IMG/VR virus record: IMGVR_UViG_3300044475_000066
Location: 1-47,254 of that record
Strand: one strand, 5' to 3'
DNA from: a virus
Lineage: Duplodnaviria > Caudoviricetes
DNA: 47,254 nucleotides
Positions 8,413 to 18,500 of the stretch are shown here, one piece after another. A model generated the notes under the pieces. The model was given only the letters and a program-made list of their open reading frames with translations, searched no databases and was not told the origin of the DNA. Positions within the stretch are counted from its first letter, which is position 1. Each line of letters begins with the position of its first letter. The position numbers were made by a program, and so were the translations under genes.

Positions 8413-9222
8413 ATGAAGAAATTTTTTGCTGTGGTGTTTTTTGCACTAATTAGTGCAGCATGCTTTTCTCAGAGTAATTACGTAGCTCCCGTCAGGTATT
8501 TGTCTGGACTTGAACCTGACAAATTTTCAGCTAGGGTTTTGAATATAAATCCCGGTTCGGTAGCTGAGTTTTACGGTAACGAACTGTTCAATTATCCGTT
8601 AGAGAAGCAGGTCAACCTAGATTTTGCTGGCCTTTGGGGTATGGACAAGCTACCGATTGTTGATGGCGGCGACCTGTACCTGTACGTGCTTTGGAATAAG
8701 ACGACAGGCCAACATGGAATAATCGCCAGCCAATCGACTTTCCAAGGCGGGGTTACGGTACCGACAGGATATACCGTCGCTAGAAAGCTACCGTGGGGCG
8801 TAGTTTATCGTGCGTCTTGGGGCGGAATCCCGAACTTTCATTTGACTCACTGGCCGCTACCAGAAATACGATTCACCGACTCAGAATACAGCCAAGCGTG
8901 GATCGCACTTCAGGCCGGTACGAGCCCATCCTGGGCTACGGTGGACTTGTCACACTGGTTGCCGGACACCGCGAGAATGGCGTACATCCAAGTCGAAACA
9001 CGCTATATCTACGGCGGTCCCGCTGGCAGCACTTACGTCAGGAGCCATGGCGGTCAGGGTACAGGCATGTTGGTTGGAAGCGTCAACCCTGGAAGTGAGT
9101 TTAGCAACGGAGGCGCATTTCATATCCGAGTCGATTCACTAAGGAAGATGGAGTATCGAGCCAACCCAGGGACGATGCTTTTCATACGAGTTCTCGGTTA
9201 CTCCATGACTGAACCGGCGTGA
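8413..9222 (+). CDS. Exported protein with signal peptide and fibre-like domain
   Basis: MKKFFAVVFFALISAACFSQ N-terminus; RBS AAGG; visibly more AT-rich than flanks. Confidence 0.7.
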   Translation: MKKFFAVVFFALISAACFSQSNYVAPVRYLSGLEPDKFSARVLNINPGSVAEFYGNELFNYPLEKQVNLDFAGLWGMDKLPIVDGGDLYLYVLWNKTTGQHGIIASQSTFQGGVTVPTGYTVARKLPWGVVYRASWGGIPNFHLTHWPLPEIRFTDSEYSQAWIALQAGTSPSWATVDLSHWLPDTARMAYIQVETRYIYGGPAGSTYVRSHGGQGTGMLVGSVNPGSEFSNGGAFHIRVDSLRKMEYRANPGTMLFIRVLGYSMTEPA

Positions 9223-9223
9223 C

Positions 9224-9269
9224 AGCGAAATAGTCCCGCAGCCGGGCTATGAACAGTTTGCAACACAAT
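9224..9269 (+). promoter_or_regulatory. Putative late promoter motif, divergent copy
   Basis: AGCGAAATAGTCCCGCAG, then CACAAT 22 nt after CCGCAG; upstream of the lysis genes. Confidence 0.6.
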
Positions 9270-9300
9270 CGAGGGCATTTGCCAACCCTCGATTGTGCTC

Positions 9301-9600
9301 ATGCAAACAGAAACCATTGAGAAACTTGCTGAGACGGGCGGCCGGATCACGTACACCGGGGCCAGTGTCTCGGGTGTTGCGATGTTCCTGCAGTCCCAGT
9401 TCTTCAGCATCGCCGGTCTGCTGATTGCTCTGCTCGGCTTGCTTATCAATCTGCACTACCGCCGAAAGGCGAATGCAAGGCTTGAAGCCGAGCACCACCT
9501 GCGACAAACCGAGCGCCAACTTCGCATCGACCTGATGCGCAAGACCGGAAAGCCGATCCCCGCCGTCACCGACTTCGGTTCGCTCGGAGGCGACGAGTGA
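9301..9600 (+). CDS. Putative holin
   Basis: Hydrophobic helix FFSIAGLLIALLGLLINLHY followed by a basic stretch; directly before endolysin. Confidence 0.7.
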   Translation: MQTETIEKLAETGGRITYTGASVSGVAMFLQSQFFSIAGLLIALLGLLINLHYRRKANARLEAEHHLRQTERQLRIDLMRKTGKPIPAVTDFGSLGGDE

Positions 9601-10136
9601 AGATCGCTGAGTACATCGACGGAGTGATCGAGCGCGAGGGCGGCTACACCGACCACCCAAACGACAAGGGCGGCAAGACCAATTTCGGAATCACTGAAAG
9701 CGTGGCCCGAGCCTACGGCTACCAGGGCGACATGCGCGATCTGCCGGAGGCGACAGCCCGAGACATCTACCTCAAACGCTACTGGCTCGACCCGAAGCTG
9801 GATGCGGTTTTCGCTGTCAGCCCGCTGATCGCTGAAGAAATGCTCGACACGGGCGTGAACATGGGGCCGGGCGTGGCGGGCAAATTCTTGCAGCGCGCAC
9901 TGAACCACCTCAACCGACAAGCCAAGGACTACCCGGATGTAGTCGTTGACGGCCGTGTTGGGGCGATCACCGTCCAGGCGTTGAAGGACCTGCTGCGCAA
10001 GCGCGGAAAAGACGGTGAGTCTGTGGTGTTCAGAATGCTGAATGCCCAGCAGTCGGTTCGCTACATGGAAATCACCGAAGCAAACGTCTCGCAAGAGGAA
10101 TTTGCGTTCGGCTGGCAGTCGCAAAGGGTGCAGTGA
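9597..10136 (+). CDS. Endolysin, glycoside hydrolase family 108 with peptidoglycan-binding domain
   Basis: REGGYTDHPNDKGGKTNFGIT, DTGVNMG, LQRALN, VDGRVG motifs. Confidence 0.93.
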   Translation: MKIAEYIDGVIEREGGYTDHPNDKGGKTNFGITESVARAYGYQGDMRDLPEATARDIYLKRYWLDPKLDAVFAVSPLIAEEMLDTGVNMGPGVAGKFLQRALNHLNRQAKDYPDVVVDGRVGAITVQALKDLLRKRGKDGESVVFRMLNAQQSVRYMEITEANVSQEEFAFGWQSQRVQ

Positions 10137-10348
10137 TGAATGAAAAAGACCGTTGGAAAAATCGCAGGTGGATGGCTTGGGCCGCGCTGATTGCAGGTCT
10201 GCTTTTCCCCGCGCTGCTGCTCTACAGCGACTCGGCCCAACTCGGCGCCGTGGCGGGGGCCTTCTACGCATTTGTCGGCTTGGTCGTCGGTGCGTACATC
10301 GGGTTCAGCACATGGGACGACAAGAACTTCAAGCCTCCGAGCAATTGA
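10136..10348 (+). CDS. Small two-TM membrane protein (lysis-associated)
   Basis: RWKNRRWMAW followed by two hydrophobic helices. Confidence 0.65.
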   Translation: MNEKDRWKNRRWMAWAALIAGLLFPALLLYSDSAQLGAVAGAFYAFVGLVVGAYIGFSTWDDKNFKPPSN

Positions 10349-10392
10349 GCGAAATTGTGCCGCAGGCGCTAAATAGGGCTTGACATTACAGT
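10345..10392 (+). promoter_or_regulatory. Putative late promoter motif, copy 2
   Basis: TTGAGCGAAATTGTGCCGCAGGCGCTAAA (29 bp identical to 14599-14627), then TACAGT. Confidence 0.8.
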
Positions 10393-10418
10393 CCGATCCA
10401 ATACGTAAAGGAAAGCGC

Positions 10419-11453
10419 ATGCGCCCCTGTTTTAATTTTCACGCCGCGACGAAGACCAAGCCTGCGATTCTCTCTATTGATGACGAGATCGGCTTCTGGG
10501 GCGTCCAGGCCAAAGACTTCCGCGCATCGCTGGACGCGATTGCCGACAAAGAACTGCAGGTCGAAATCAACTCGCCCGGCGGCGACGTGATGGCTGGCAC
10601 TGCGATGTTCAACATGCTGCGTGCATGGGCCAAAGACGGCCGCACGGTGACCACCAAGGCCACGGGCGTTGTGGCGAGCATCGCGTCTGTGGTGTTTCTA
10701 GCTGGTGACAAGCGCCAGATGCCTCGCAACACGTTTGCGATGGTGCACGCGCCCTGGACCGTGACGATGGGTAACGCCGAGGAACTGCGCGATCAGGCAG
10801 ACACCTTGGACAAGATCGCCACTGGCATGGTCAAGACCTACGTTGACCGTACCGGCCTGAGCGAAGACGAAGTGAAGGCTCTGCTGTCGCAAGACACTTG
10901 GATGACCGCTGACGAAGCGCTCGACAAGGGTTTCGCCACCGAGTTGACAGACGAGATCAAGGCCACTGCCAAGTTCGACATGGCTCGCGCAGAACTGCCA
11001 GAGCACGTCGCTGCGGTTTTCAAGGCTGAAGAAACGCCTGCCGACACCATTGACAGTGATGGCTCCGACGCTACCGCAGCAACCGATGCTATCGACGAAC
11101 CTACCCTTGCAGACCATGTGCAAGCCTTGGCTGTGCGCTCAGGTCTTGGCGACTACGCCCCCCTGTGGGCCGTGTCCTTCACCTCCATTGCGGAAGTCGA
11201 GGCTCGCATCGCGGAGGCCCGTGAGATCAAAGCGCTGTGCGTCGTGGCGAAGAAGCCCGAGCAAGCCGATGCGTTCGTGAAGGGTGGCAAGACCTTGGCA
11301 GAAGCCCGCACAGCCCTGGTGGCTGCGATGGCTGAAAAGGACGCCGACACCCACACGGACAACAGTGTTCAGCATACGCAGGCGACCGGCAAATCCGCTT
11401 CTTCCAGGGTCAGCACTGCTTCCATCTGGAAGAAGCACAAAGCCGCTAAATAA
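10419..11453 (+). CDS. Head maturation protease, ClpP-like (S14), with scaffold-like C-terminus
   Basis: INSPGGDV, ASIAS, MVHAPW, DTWMTADEALDKGFA; ATG 10419 has RBS AAGGAAAG. Confidence 0.92.
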   Translation: MRPCFNFHAATKTKPAILSIDDEIGFWGVQAKDFRASLDAIADKELQVEINSPGGDVMAGTAMFNMLRAWAKDGRTVTTKATGVVASIASVVFLAGDKRQMPRNTFAMVHAPWTVTMGNAEELRDQADTLDKIATGMVKTYVDRTGLSEDEVKALLSQDTWMTADEALDKGFATELTDEIKATAKFDMARAELPEHVAAVFKAEETPADTIDSDGSDATAATDAIDEPTLADHVQALAVRSGLGDYAPLWAVSFTSIAEVEARIAEAREIKALCVVAKKPEQADAFVKGGKTLAEARTALVAAMAEKDADTHTDNSVQHTQATGKSASSRVSTASIWKKHKAAK

Positions 11454-11468
11454 GGAAAGGACTCCATT

Positions 11469-12119
11469 ATGGCGACCGCTCTCTACAACAACGTCGGCCT
11501 CAAGCCGTTCATTCTCTCCGAAGGCCCTGGCCTGCGTAGCCGTGATGAAATCATCGTGACCCAAACGGGCACTGCGATTGAGTCCGGTCAGCTGCTGACC
11601 AAGGTTGACACTGGCACCGCCGCTTTTGCGATGGACGCTGGTGCAACCGGCAACCCCACTTCGGGCGCAATCACTGTGGGTGCTGCGGCCATGCCCGGCG
11701 CCTACGTGGTCGAGTTCACAGCCGCCACCAAGTTCACCGTGGAAGCCCCTGACGGCGTGACCATCGGTACCGGCACTGTGGGTACCGCCTTCAACAAGGG
11801 CGGTCTGACGTTCACGCTGACCGCCGGTGGCACCGCCGCTGTGGCCGGTGACACCGCCAAGATCACCGTGCAAGTCGGTTCTGGTAAGTACGTGGCTTAC
11901 ACCGCCAACGGTGCCGCAGGTTCCGCTGATGCAGTGCTGTACAAGCGCCTGCCTGCTGCAACGGGCGACGTTAAGGCCGTGGGCATCACCCGCGACGCCG
12001 AAGTCAGCGCCTTCCAACTGACCAATCTGGACGCCACTGCGCGCATCGGACTGGCCGCACAAGGCATCGTCGTTCGCGGCAACACGAACGTTCTTGGTGT
12101 AGCAACCCCGGCTCTCTGA
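11469..12119 (+). CDS. Head decoration protein
   Basis: Between protease and capsid; SRDEI..., RDAEV, LAAQGIVVR. Confidence 0.8.
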   Translation: MATALYNNVGLKPFILSEGPGLRSRDEIIVTQTGTAIESGQLLTKVDTGTAAFAMDAGATGNPTSGAITVGAAAMPGAYVVEFTAATKFTVEAPDGVTIGTGTVGTAFNKGGLTFTLTAGGTAAVAGDTAKITVQVGSGKYVAYTANGAAGSADAVLYKRLPAATGDVKAVGITRDAEVSAFQLTNLDATARIGLAAQGIVVRGNTNVLGVATPAL

Positions 12120-12151
12120 GCCAAGCCATTTGACTCAGGAGATCACAAAAC

Positions 12152-13183
12152 ATGGCAACGCTTGACATCTTCAACAACGATGCGTTCTCGGTCACTTCGC
12201 TGCTCGAAACCATCGTTGACATCCCCCGCGTCCCCACGATGCTGGGCGACCTGGGCCTGTTCAACGAACGTGGCATCAATGGTACGACGTTCTTCATCGA
12301 GCGCAAGGGTGCAGCCCTGACGCTGGTTCCCACTTCGCCTCGCGGCTCCCCTGGTCAACCCACGAAGACCACGAACCGCAAAGCCTTCCCGCTGGCAACT
12401 GTGCACATGCAGGAAAACGACGTGGTTCTGGCTGATGAAGTCCTGGGCGTGCGCGCCTTTGGCAGCGAAACTGAAGTCGAAACCGTGCAGAACATCCTGC
12501 GCGGCAAGCTGGAAGTGATGCGTGCCAACTTGGAACTGACACACGAATATCAGCGCCTGGGCGCCCTGAAGGGCACCGTGCTGGACGCTGACGGCTCCAG
12601 CGTGATCTTGGACGTGTACTCGGCATTCGGCATGACCCAGACGACTCTGTTCTGGAATACCGTGACTGCAGGCACTTCCATCGACCCACTGGCCCTGACC
12701 CGCGACCTGAAGTCCCGCACCCGCAAAGCCCTGGGCGGCCGCACCTTCCGCAATGTGCGCGTGATCTGTTCGTCCGACTGGCTGAACAAGTTCATGTTCC
12801 ACAACAAGATGAAGGAAGCCTACGCTCTGTGGCGCGACGGCGGCTATCTGCGCGCCAATCTGGCCCAGCAAGCCAACGGTGGCTATATCGACTTCGTGTT
12901 CGACGACGTGGTGTTCAGCGTGTACGAACTGGAATTGGGCGGCACCTCGGCCATCGGCGACCAGAAGGCTTACTCCTTCCCTGAAGGCGTGAGCGACATG
13001 TTCCAAACCGTGTACTCGCCAGCCGACTACGTGGAAACCGTTGGCACCACCGGCCTGCCTTTCTACGCGAAGCAAGAGCGCATGCGTATGGACCGTGGCG
13101 TCGAGATTGAAATGCAGTCCAACCCGCTGCACTTCAACAAGTACCCCGAGGCAGTCTTCGCGCTGTCTACCGCAGCGTCCTAA
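12152..13183 (+). CDS. Major capsid protein, lambda gpE family
   Basis: DIFNNDAFSVTSL, THEYQRLGALKG, QSNPL. Confidence 0.93.
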   Translation: MATLDIFNNDAFSVTSLLETIVDIPRVPTMLGDLGLFNERGINGTTFFIERKGAALTLVPTSPRGSPGQPTKTTNRKAFPLATVHMQENDVVLADEVLGVRAFGSETEVETVQNILRGKLEVMRANLELTHEYQRLGALKGTVLDADGSSVILDVYSAFGMTQTTLFWNTVTAGTSIDPLALTRDLKSRTRKALGGRTFRNVRVICSSDWLNKFMFHNKMKEAYALWRDGGYLRANLAQQANGGYIDFVFDDVVFSVYELELGGTSAIGDQKAYSFPEGVSDMFQTVYSPADYVETVGTTGLPFYAKQERMRMDRGVEIEMQSNPLHFNKYPEAVFALSTAAS

Positions 13184-13191
13184 GCTGACAG

Positions 13192-13494
13192 ATGCTTGAC
13201 CTGTTCAAGCAAATGAGCAAGAGCATCCTCGCTTCTCTGGGCGAGGATGCTCTTTTGCGTGGCACCGTGCCTTGCCGCATCAACATCGAGAACGGGGTGC
13301 AGTTCACCGGCATTGACGGCGAGTCCGCTCAATACCGTGGCGACCTGTCCGTAGACCGCGATGTGGCGACTATCGGGATCGAGCACAACCCCGTCATCAA
13401 CGACACCTTCACGCAGAACGGCAAGACCTACATGCTGGAGAAGAAGATCGAAGACAACGGCGTGACTCGGAAATTCGTCGTCATGGAACTCTGA
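13192..13494 (+). CDS. Head-tail joining protein
   Basis: Size and synteny after capsid. Confidence 0.6.
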   Translation: MLDLFKQMSKSILASLGEDALLRGTVPCRINIENGVQFTGIDGESAQYRGDLSVDRDVATIGIEHNPVINDTFTQNGKTYMLEKKIEDNGVTRKFVVMEL

Positions 13495-14150
13495 TGGCGA
13501 AGAACGGCACCTTCAACGTGACACTCGACCTGCTGGGCGTAGAGCGCTTGGCTGAGTCGGTCGGGCGGCTGGATCAGACCGTCCTGGCCGAGACCATCGT
13601 CAACGCACTGAACATCACGGGCGACGAGATTTTCGAGTTGGCGAAGGATCGGATGAACGCCGACATCAATCTGTCCGACGAGTACCTGCGCTCGAAGATG
13701 GACATTGAGCGGGCCACGCCCGGCAAACCCGAAGTGACGATCACCGCCCGCAGCGCAGGTACAGTGCTCGGCCGGTTCGACGCGAAGCCTGTGGTGGTTG
13801 ACACCAAGGGTGACGCATCGAACCTCAAGGGCAACAAAGCCCTGGGCATCGCGCCGGGCAAGAAGCAGGCGGGCGTCACGGTGCAAGTGCGTCGCAGCGC
13901 CGTGAACACGAACTTCACGCCCCGTGGCTTTCTGATGCCTCTCAAGGGCAAAGGTGGTGAGCAGGGGGCCAACGGCTTGGGCGTGTTCGCACGGCGTCGC
14001 AGCGGTGTGAAGAAGAACCGCTACGGCCCCGCCGTGTACCAGCTTTTCGGCTACCAAGCCGACCAGATCGAGACTGAGGTGTACGAGAAACTGGACGAGA
14101 ACCTGTTCACTGAGTTCGAGCGGGTTCTCTCCGCGAAAGGTATTGGATGA
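13494..14150 (+). CDS. Tail completion protein (gpZ-like)
   Basis: Basic protein, GVFARR..YGPAVYQLF; synteny. Confidence 0.65.
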   Translation: MAKNGTFNVTLDLLGVERLAESVGRLDQTVLAETIVNALNITGDEIFELAKDRMNADINLSDEYLRSKMDIERATPGKPEVTITARSAGTVLGRFDAKPVVVDTKGDASNLKGNKALGIAPGKKQAGVTVQVRRSAVNTNFTPRGFLMPLKGKGGEQGANGLGVFARRRSGVKKNRYGPAVYQLFGYQADQIETEVYEKLDENLFTEFERVLSAKGIG

Positions 14151-14602
14151 CCACCGTTTACAACAAGGCGTCGGAGATCGCCATCGACCTGAGCAACCGC
14201 CTGAAGGCGATCACAGTAGCTAACGGCTACGAGACCGATATTGGGCTGCGTTCCTACCGGGGCCGCACCAACATCGACGAAGACTCGGTTCCGTGTTCGG
14301 TGTTGATCGAGGGCGAGGACAAGATGGGACGGTCGTCCGGTCTGAACAACGTCCAAGTCCTCCAAGACTATGTGCTCGGCGGATACGTCAAGTGCGACCC
14401 GAACAACCCCAACGACGCCGCTCACGCGATCTTGCGCGACCTGAAGAAAGCTGTCTTCAAAGACGGCTCGAAGATGGGTGGTGTTGTTCGCAACGTGGAA
14501 TACCGGGGTCGCAACATCGGTGCACGCGCAGATGGGCGCCCCATCGTCTTTGCGATCATCCACATCACCGTCGAGTACGCCGAGGACTTGACAAACCCTT
14601 GA
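14147..14602 (+). CDS. Tail terminator protein
   Basis: ITVANGYETDIG motif; precedes tail tube. Confidence 0.7.
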   Translation: MTTVYNKASEIAIDLSNRLKAITVANGYETDIGLRSYRGRTNIDEDSVPCSVLIEGEDKMGRSSGLNNVQVLQDYVLGGYVKCDPNNPNDAAHAILRDLKKAVFKDGSKMGGVVRNVEYRGRNIGARADGRPIVFAIIHITVEYAEDLTNP

Positions 14603-14646
14603 GCGAAATTGTGCCGCAGGCGCTAAACGAACGTCTGCGGCACACT
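14599..14646 (+). promoter_or_regulatory. Putative late promoter motif, copy 3
   Basis: 29-bp motif, then CACACT 21 nt after CCGCAG. Confidence 0.8.
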
Positions 14647-14698
14647 CGACACCGTTTAATGGATCAAATGCCGATCCGGCATCTACAGGAGAATTTTT

Positions 14699-15463
14699 AT
14701 GGCAGCACGCGGTTTTCTAGGTGCCGGTGACCTCTACATCGCACGTTATGTTGGTGGCGTTCTTCAGGCTTATCAAGGCCCCTACGAATGCGCCAAATTC
14801 GAGATCAAGCCCAACGTGGACTTGAAGGAACTGGTCTCCAAGGGCCGTGACACTTACGGTCAGGTGATCGAGTCGGTGGCGATCCCTCAGCCTGCTGACT
14901 TGACAGTTGACCTGCCCGAAGTGAACAAAGAATCCCTGGCAATCGCCATGCTCGGTACCGTGGCCGCGATCTCGCAGACTGCAGGTACCCTGACCGACGA
15001 ATCGGTCGTGGTCACCGATCTGGATAGCTGGTACGCCCTGACCAAGAGCGCGCTGACCGGCACTGCAGGTGGCACGCTGGTGGTGAAGAACCAAGCCGGT
15101 TCGACAACCTACGTCGAAGGCACCGACTACATCGTCGAACGCCAGAGCGGCATGATTAAGGCCCTGGTTGGCGGCGCCATCGCTGCCGCCAGCACCATCA
15201 AGGTCACCACGCCCTACGCCTCGACCACCGGCAACGAGATCAAGGGTATGACCGACGCGCAACTGCGCGCTCGCTTCAAGCTGGTGGGCAAGAACTTCGC
15301 CGACAACCTGCCCATCGAAGTGACCGTGTACGAAGCCATCATCGCCGCCGACAGCGCGTTCGACTTCTTGCAAGACGACTTCGCCACCATCTCGCTGCCC
15401 GGCCGCATGAAGACCCCCACCGGCTTCACCGAGCCCTTCATCGTTCGCCAGCGCACGACCTAA
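14699..15463 (+). CDS. Major tail tube protein
   Basis: Strong RBS (AGGAG), GFLGAGDLYI, YVEGTDYIV; precedes tape measure. Confidence 0.8.
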   Translation: MAARGFLGAGDLYIARYVGGVLQAYQGPYECAKFEIKPNVDLKELVSKGRDTYGQVIESVAIPQPADLTVDLPEVNKESLAIAMLGTVAAISQTAGTLTDESVVVTDLDSWYALTKSALTGTAGGTLVVKNQAGSTTYVEGTDYIVERQSGMIKALVGGAIAAASTIKVTTPYASTTGNEIKGMTDAQLRARFKLVGKNFADNLPIEVTVYEAIIAADSAFDFLQDDFATISLPGRMKTPTGFTEPFIVRQRTT

Positions 15464-15501
15464 GTCGTTCCCAGGCGTGGCGGGCGCTGACCCCGCAGCC
15501 C

Positions 15502-15542
15502 AAACCCGCCACGCCGTACAAAGCATGGCGGGTTTTTTATTT
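15502..15542 (+). terminator. Intrinsic terminator with competing upstream antiterminator
   Basis: AAACCCGCCA...TGGCGGGTTTTTTATTT; 15474-15484 is complementary to 15505-15515. Confidence 0.8.
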
Positions 15543-15553
15543 AGGACGTGAGA

Positions 15554-18500
15554 ATGGCCGGAAATCAACGCGAAACCAAACTCACCCTGCGCGTAGAGGC
15601 GCTGGGTCAGGACGAACTCAAATCGCTGCAGGACGGCCTGTCGCGTCTCGCCAAAGAGGGCGGCGATGCCGCACCGGAGTTTCAGCGGCTCGCTGACGAG
15701 GTGGGGCGCCTCGGGGATCAGGCGGGAACCCTGGCGTCTTTCGAGAAGCTGGCGGCAACAACGGCGGAACTCACTCAGAAGCAGCAGCAGGCTGAGGTCG
15801 CATCGTCTGAACTGAAGACCAAGCTGGACGAGCAGCGTGCGTCGGTGACCGCCGCCGCCGCCGCGCAGGAGCAGGCGAGCCAAGCCTATCAGCAAGCGAA
15901 GAACCGGCTCACCGAGATCAGCGGTGAGTTGAAGATTCTGCGCACGGAGAACGACGCAACGGCCAAGAAGACGGACGACTACAAAGCGTCTGTGAGCAGG
16001 CTGGTCAACGAGCAAACGAATCTTCGCAAGTCACTCGACGACCTGCGCTCTGCGCGCTCCCAGGCGAATCAGGGCCTCGACCAAGCCGAGAAGGCTGAAG
16101 CGCGCCTGCAGGCGGCGTACCAAAAGTCGCAGACGGCAGTCGATGCTTCGGCCACGGCCCTGAGCCAGTCGAAGGTGAACCTCGATGCGGCGCGCACGGC
16201 CACCGAAGCGCTCGGCCTTTCCACCACGGACGTGGCCGGATCGCAGGCGAAACTCGTCGCGGCGCTGAACGCCACGGGCGCGGCAGCAGACCTGCTCTCG
16301 GCCGACATGCAAGAAGCTGCACGCTACGTCAAGTTCTGGGGCGACGCCCTTGACGAGTCCGACCGCAAGGCGCAGCAGACTGCGGCCGCTGCGACAGAGG
16401 CTGGGCAGAAGATCGCCACCGCCTTCGGCACTGTCGGCATTCGCGGTGCGCAAGAACTGGAGGGCGAGATCGCCCAGGTCCGTGCGGCGATGGACACCCT
16501 CAAGAACCAAGCAGGGCTGACGGGTGGGGCGCTGTCCACAGCGATGGCCGCAGGCAATGCCAAGATCAAGGAACTGGAGCGCGAACTGCGCGCCGCCACA
16601 GGCACGCTGACGACCGCCGACAAGGCTGCAAAGCTGTTCTCCAACTCGATGGGGCAGATCGCGGCAGGCAACGTGATCGCTGATGGCGTTGGGTACTTGG
16701 TCAACAAGGTCAAGGAACTGGGCCGGGAGTTCATCGACACCACGGTGCAGACTGAGCAGTTCCGTCGCGGTCTGGACGCCATCTACAAGAATACCGCGAC
16801 GACTGCGCAGCAGATGCAGTTCCTGCGCAGCACTGCGAACGCCAACGGGGTGTCCATCGGCGCGCTCTCCGAGGCTTTCGTTCGGTACAGCGCCGCCACG
16901 AAGTCGGCCAACATCCCGCTGCAGGTGACCAACGAGTTGTTCGCCTCGGTGACGCGCACGGCAGGCACCTTGGGGCTGAGTGCAGAGGCCGTTGGCGGAA
17001 CGCTGGACGCACTGGGGCAGATCGCCTCCAAGGGCGTCGTATCGCTTGAAGAACTGCGCCAGCAGTTGGGCGACCGCATGCCCGGTGCACTCAGCGCCGC
17101 AGCGAAGGGCCTGGGGCTCACCGACGCCGAACTGATTAAGCTGGTCGAAAGCGGCAACCTCGCAGCACGCGACTTCTTCCCTGCGTTCAGCAAGGGTCTG
17201 CAGGAGATGCAAGGGCAGACCGAGGGTCTGATCCCAACGTGGAATCGCCTGAAGAACGCCATGACCATCGCCACGCAGAACGCAGGTGATGCGGGTGGTC
17301 TGGAGGTAATGACGGGCGCCTTGAAGCTGCTTGGTGCAGCAGTGGGCATCGTCGTCGGCGCGATCACCGGTTTCATCGAAATCATCAGCGTGTCCGCCAA
17401 ATCCATCGGCATTTTGCTTTCCCCCGCAGGCACCTTGGCCGACAAGTTCAAAGCCATCGGTGAGGCGGTGGACGAAGCCGCCGCCCGACAGGCGGCTTTC
17501 AGTGCGTCAATTGACGCGACCTTGAACCCCGTACAGCAAGCGGCAAGTCAGACCGCAGCACTGTCTACTGCCACAGCAGCGCTCACCGCCGCTGCGGCAG
17601 CGGCCGGACCCCAGTGGGACACGCTGACCAGATCTCAGCAGGCGTCAGCTATAGCAACCCAGATCGCCTCTGATAAGAGCCGCGATCTGAGCGCGCAGTT
17701 GGTGGCGACGAACTCGGCCATCAGCACACTGCTCGCCACCCAGGCCAAAGAGACGGAGGCGTTGGGCAAGGTCGCCAAAGCGGTTAAAGAGGAAGGGGAC
17801 ACCAGGGTGGCCCTGGCGAAGTTGCGCGGCGACGAAAAGGGCGTTCTGACCGAAGCGGCCGCAGCAGCCGAAGCCTATGCCGTCGCGCAAGACAAGGTGG
17901 CCGCGTCTCGCAACCAAGAGCTTGCACTACTGACGCAGCAACGCGACTTGCTCATTGCCACACGTACGGCCCAGGGCGAGTCAGCCGACGCCATCGCCAA
18001 GCAGACGGTCGAGATCGACAAGAAGATCGTGGCGAGCAAGGCCGAAGCCGATCAGTCGAAGGCCAGCGCCGAAGCCGCCCGCCTGGAGGCCGCAGAACGC
18101 AAGATTTCCGCTGAGACCTACGGGGATCAGTCGAAGCGGGCCGCAGAGTTCAAAGCTGAACTCGAACGCCTGAACAAGACCTTGGCTGAGTATCAGCGCT
18201 TGGCGGCAGAAGGTAAAAAGACCGACGCGGATGTCGCTGCAATTCGGCTCCAGTTGGCTACGACGACAGCCAAGTATAAGGACGCGCTGAACGACGCCGC
18301 AGAGGCCAGCCGCTTGGAGGCACAAGCGAAGTCGCTGAACCTACAAGCCACAATGTCGTCGAAGAACTCGGAAGTCGAGTTGTACCAAGCAAAAGCACAG
18401 AGCGCTCGCGCAAGCGGCGACCTGCGCATGGCTACGTACTACGAAGGCGAGGCGAAGCGCGTCAAGATCGAGGCTGACAAAATCAGCATTCAGATCAAAG

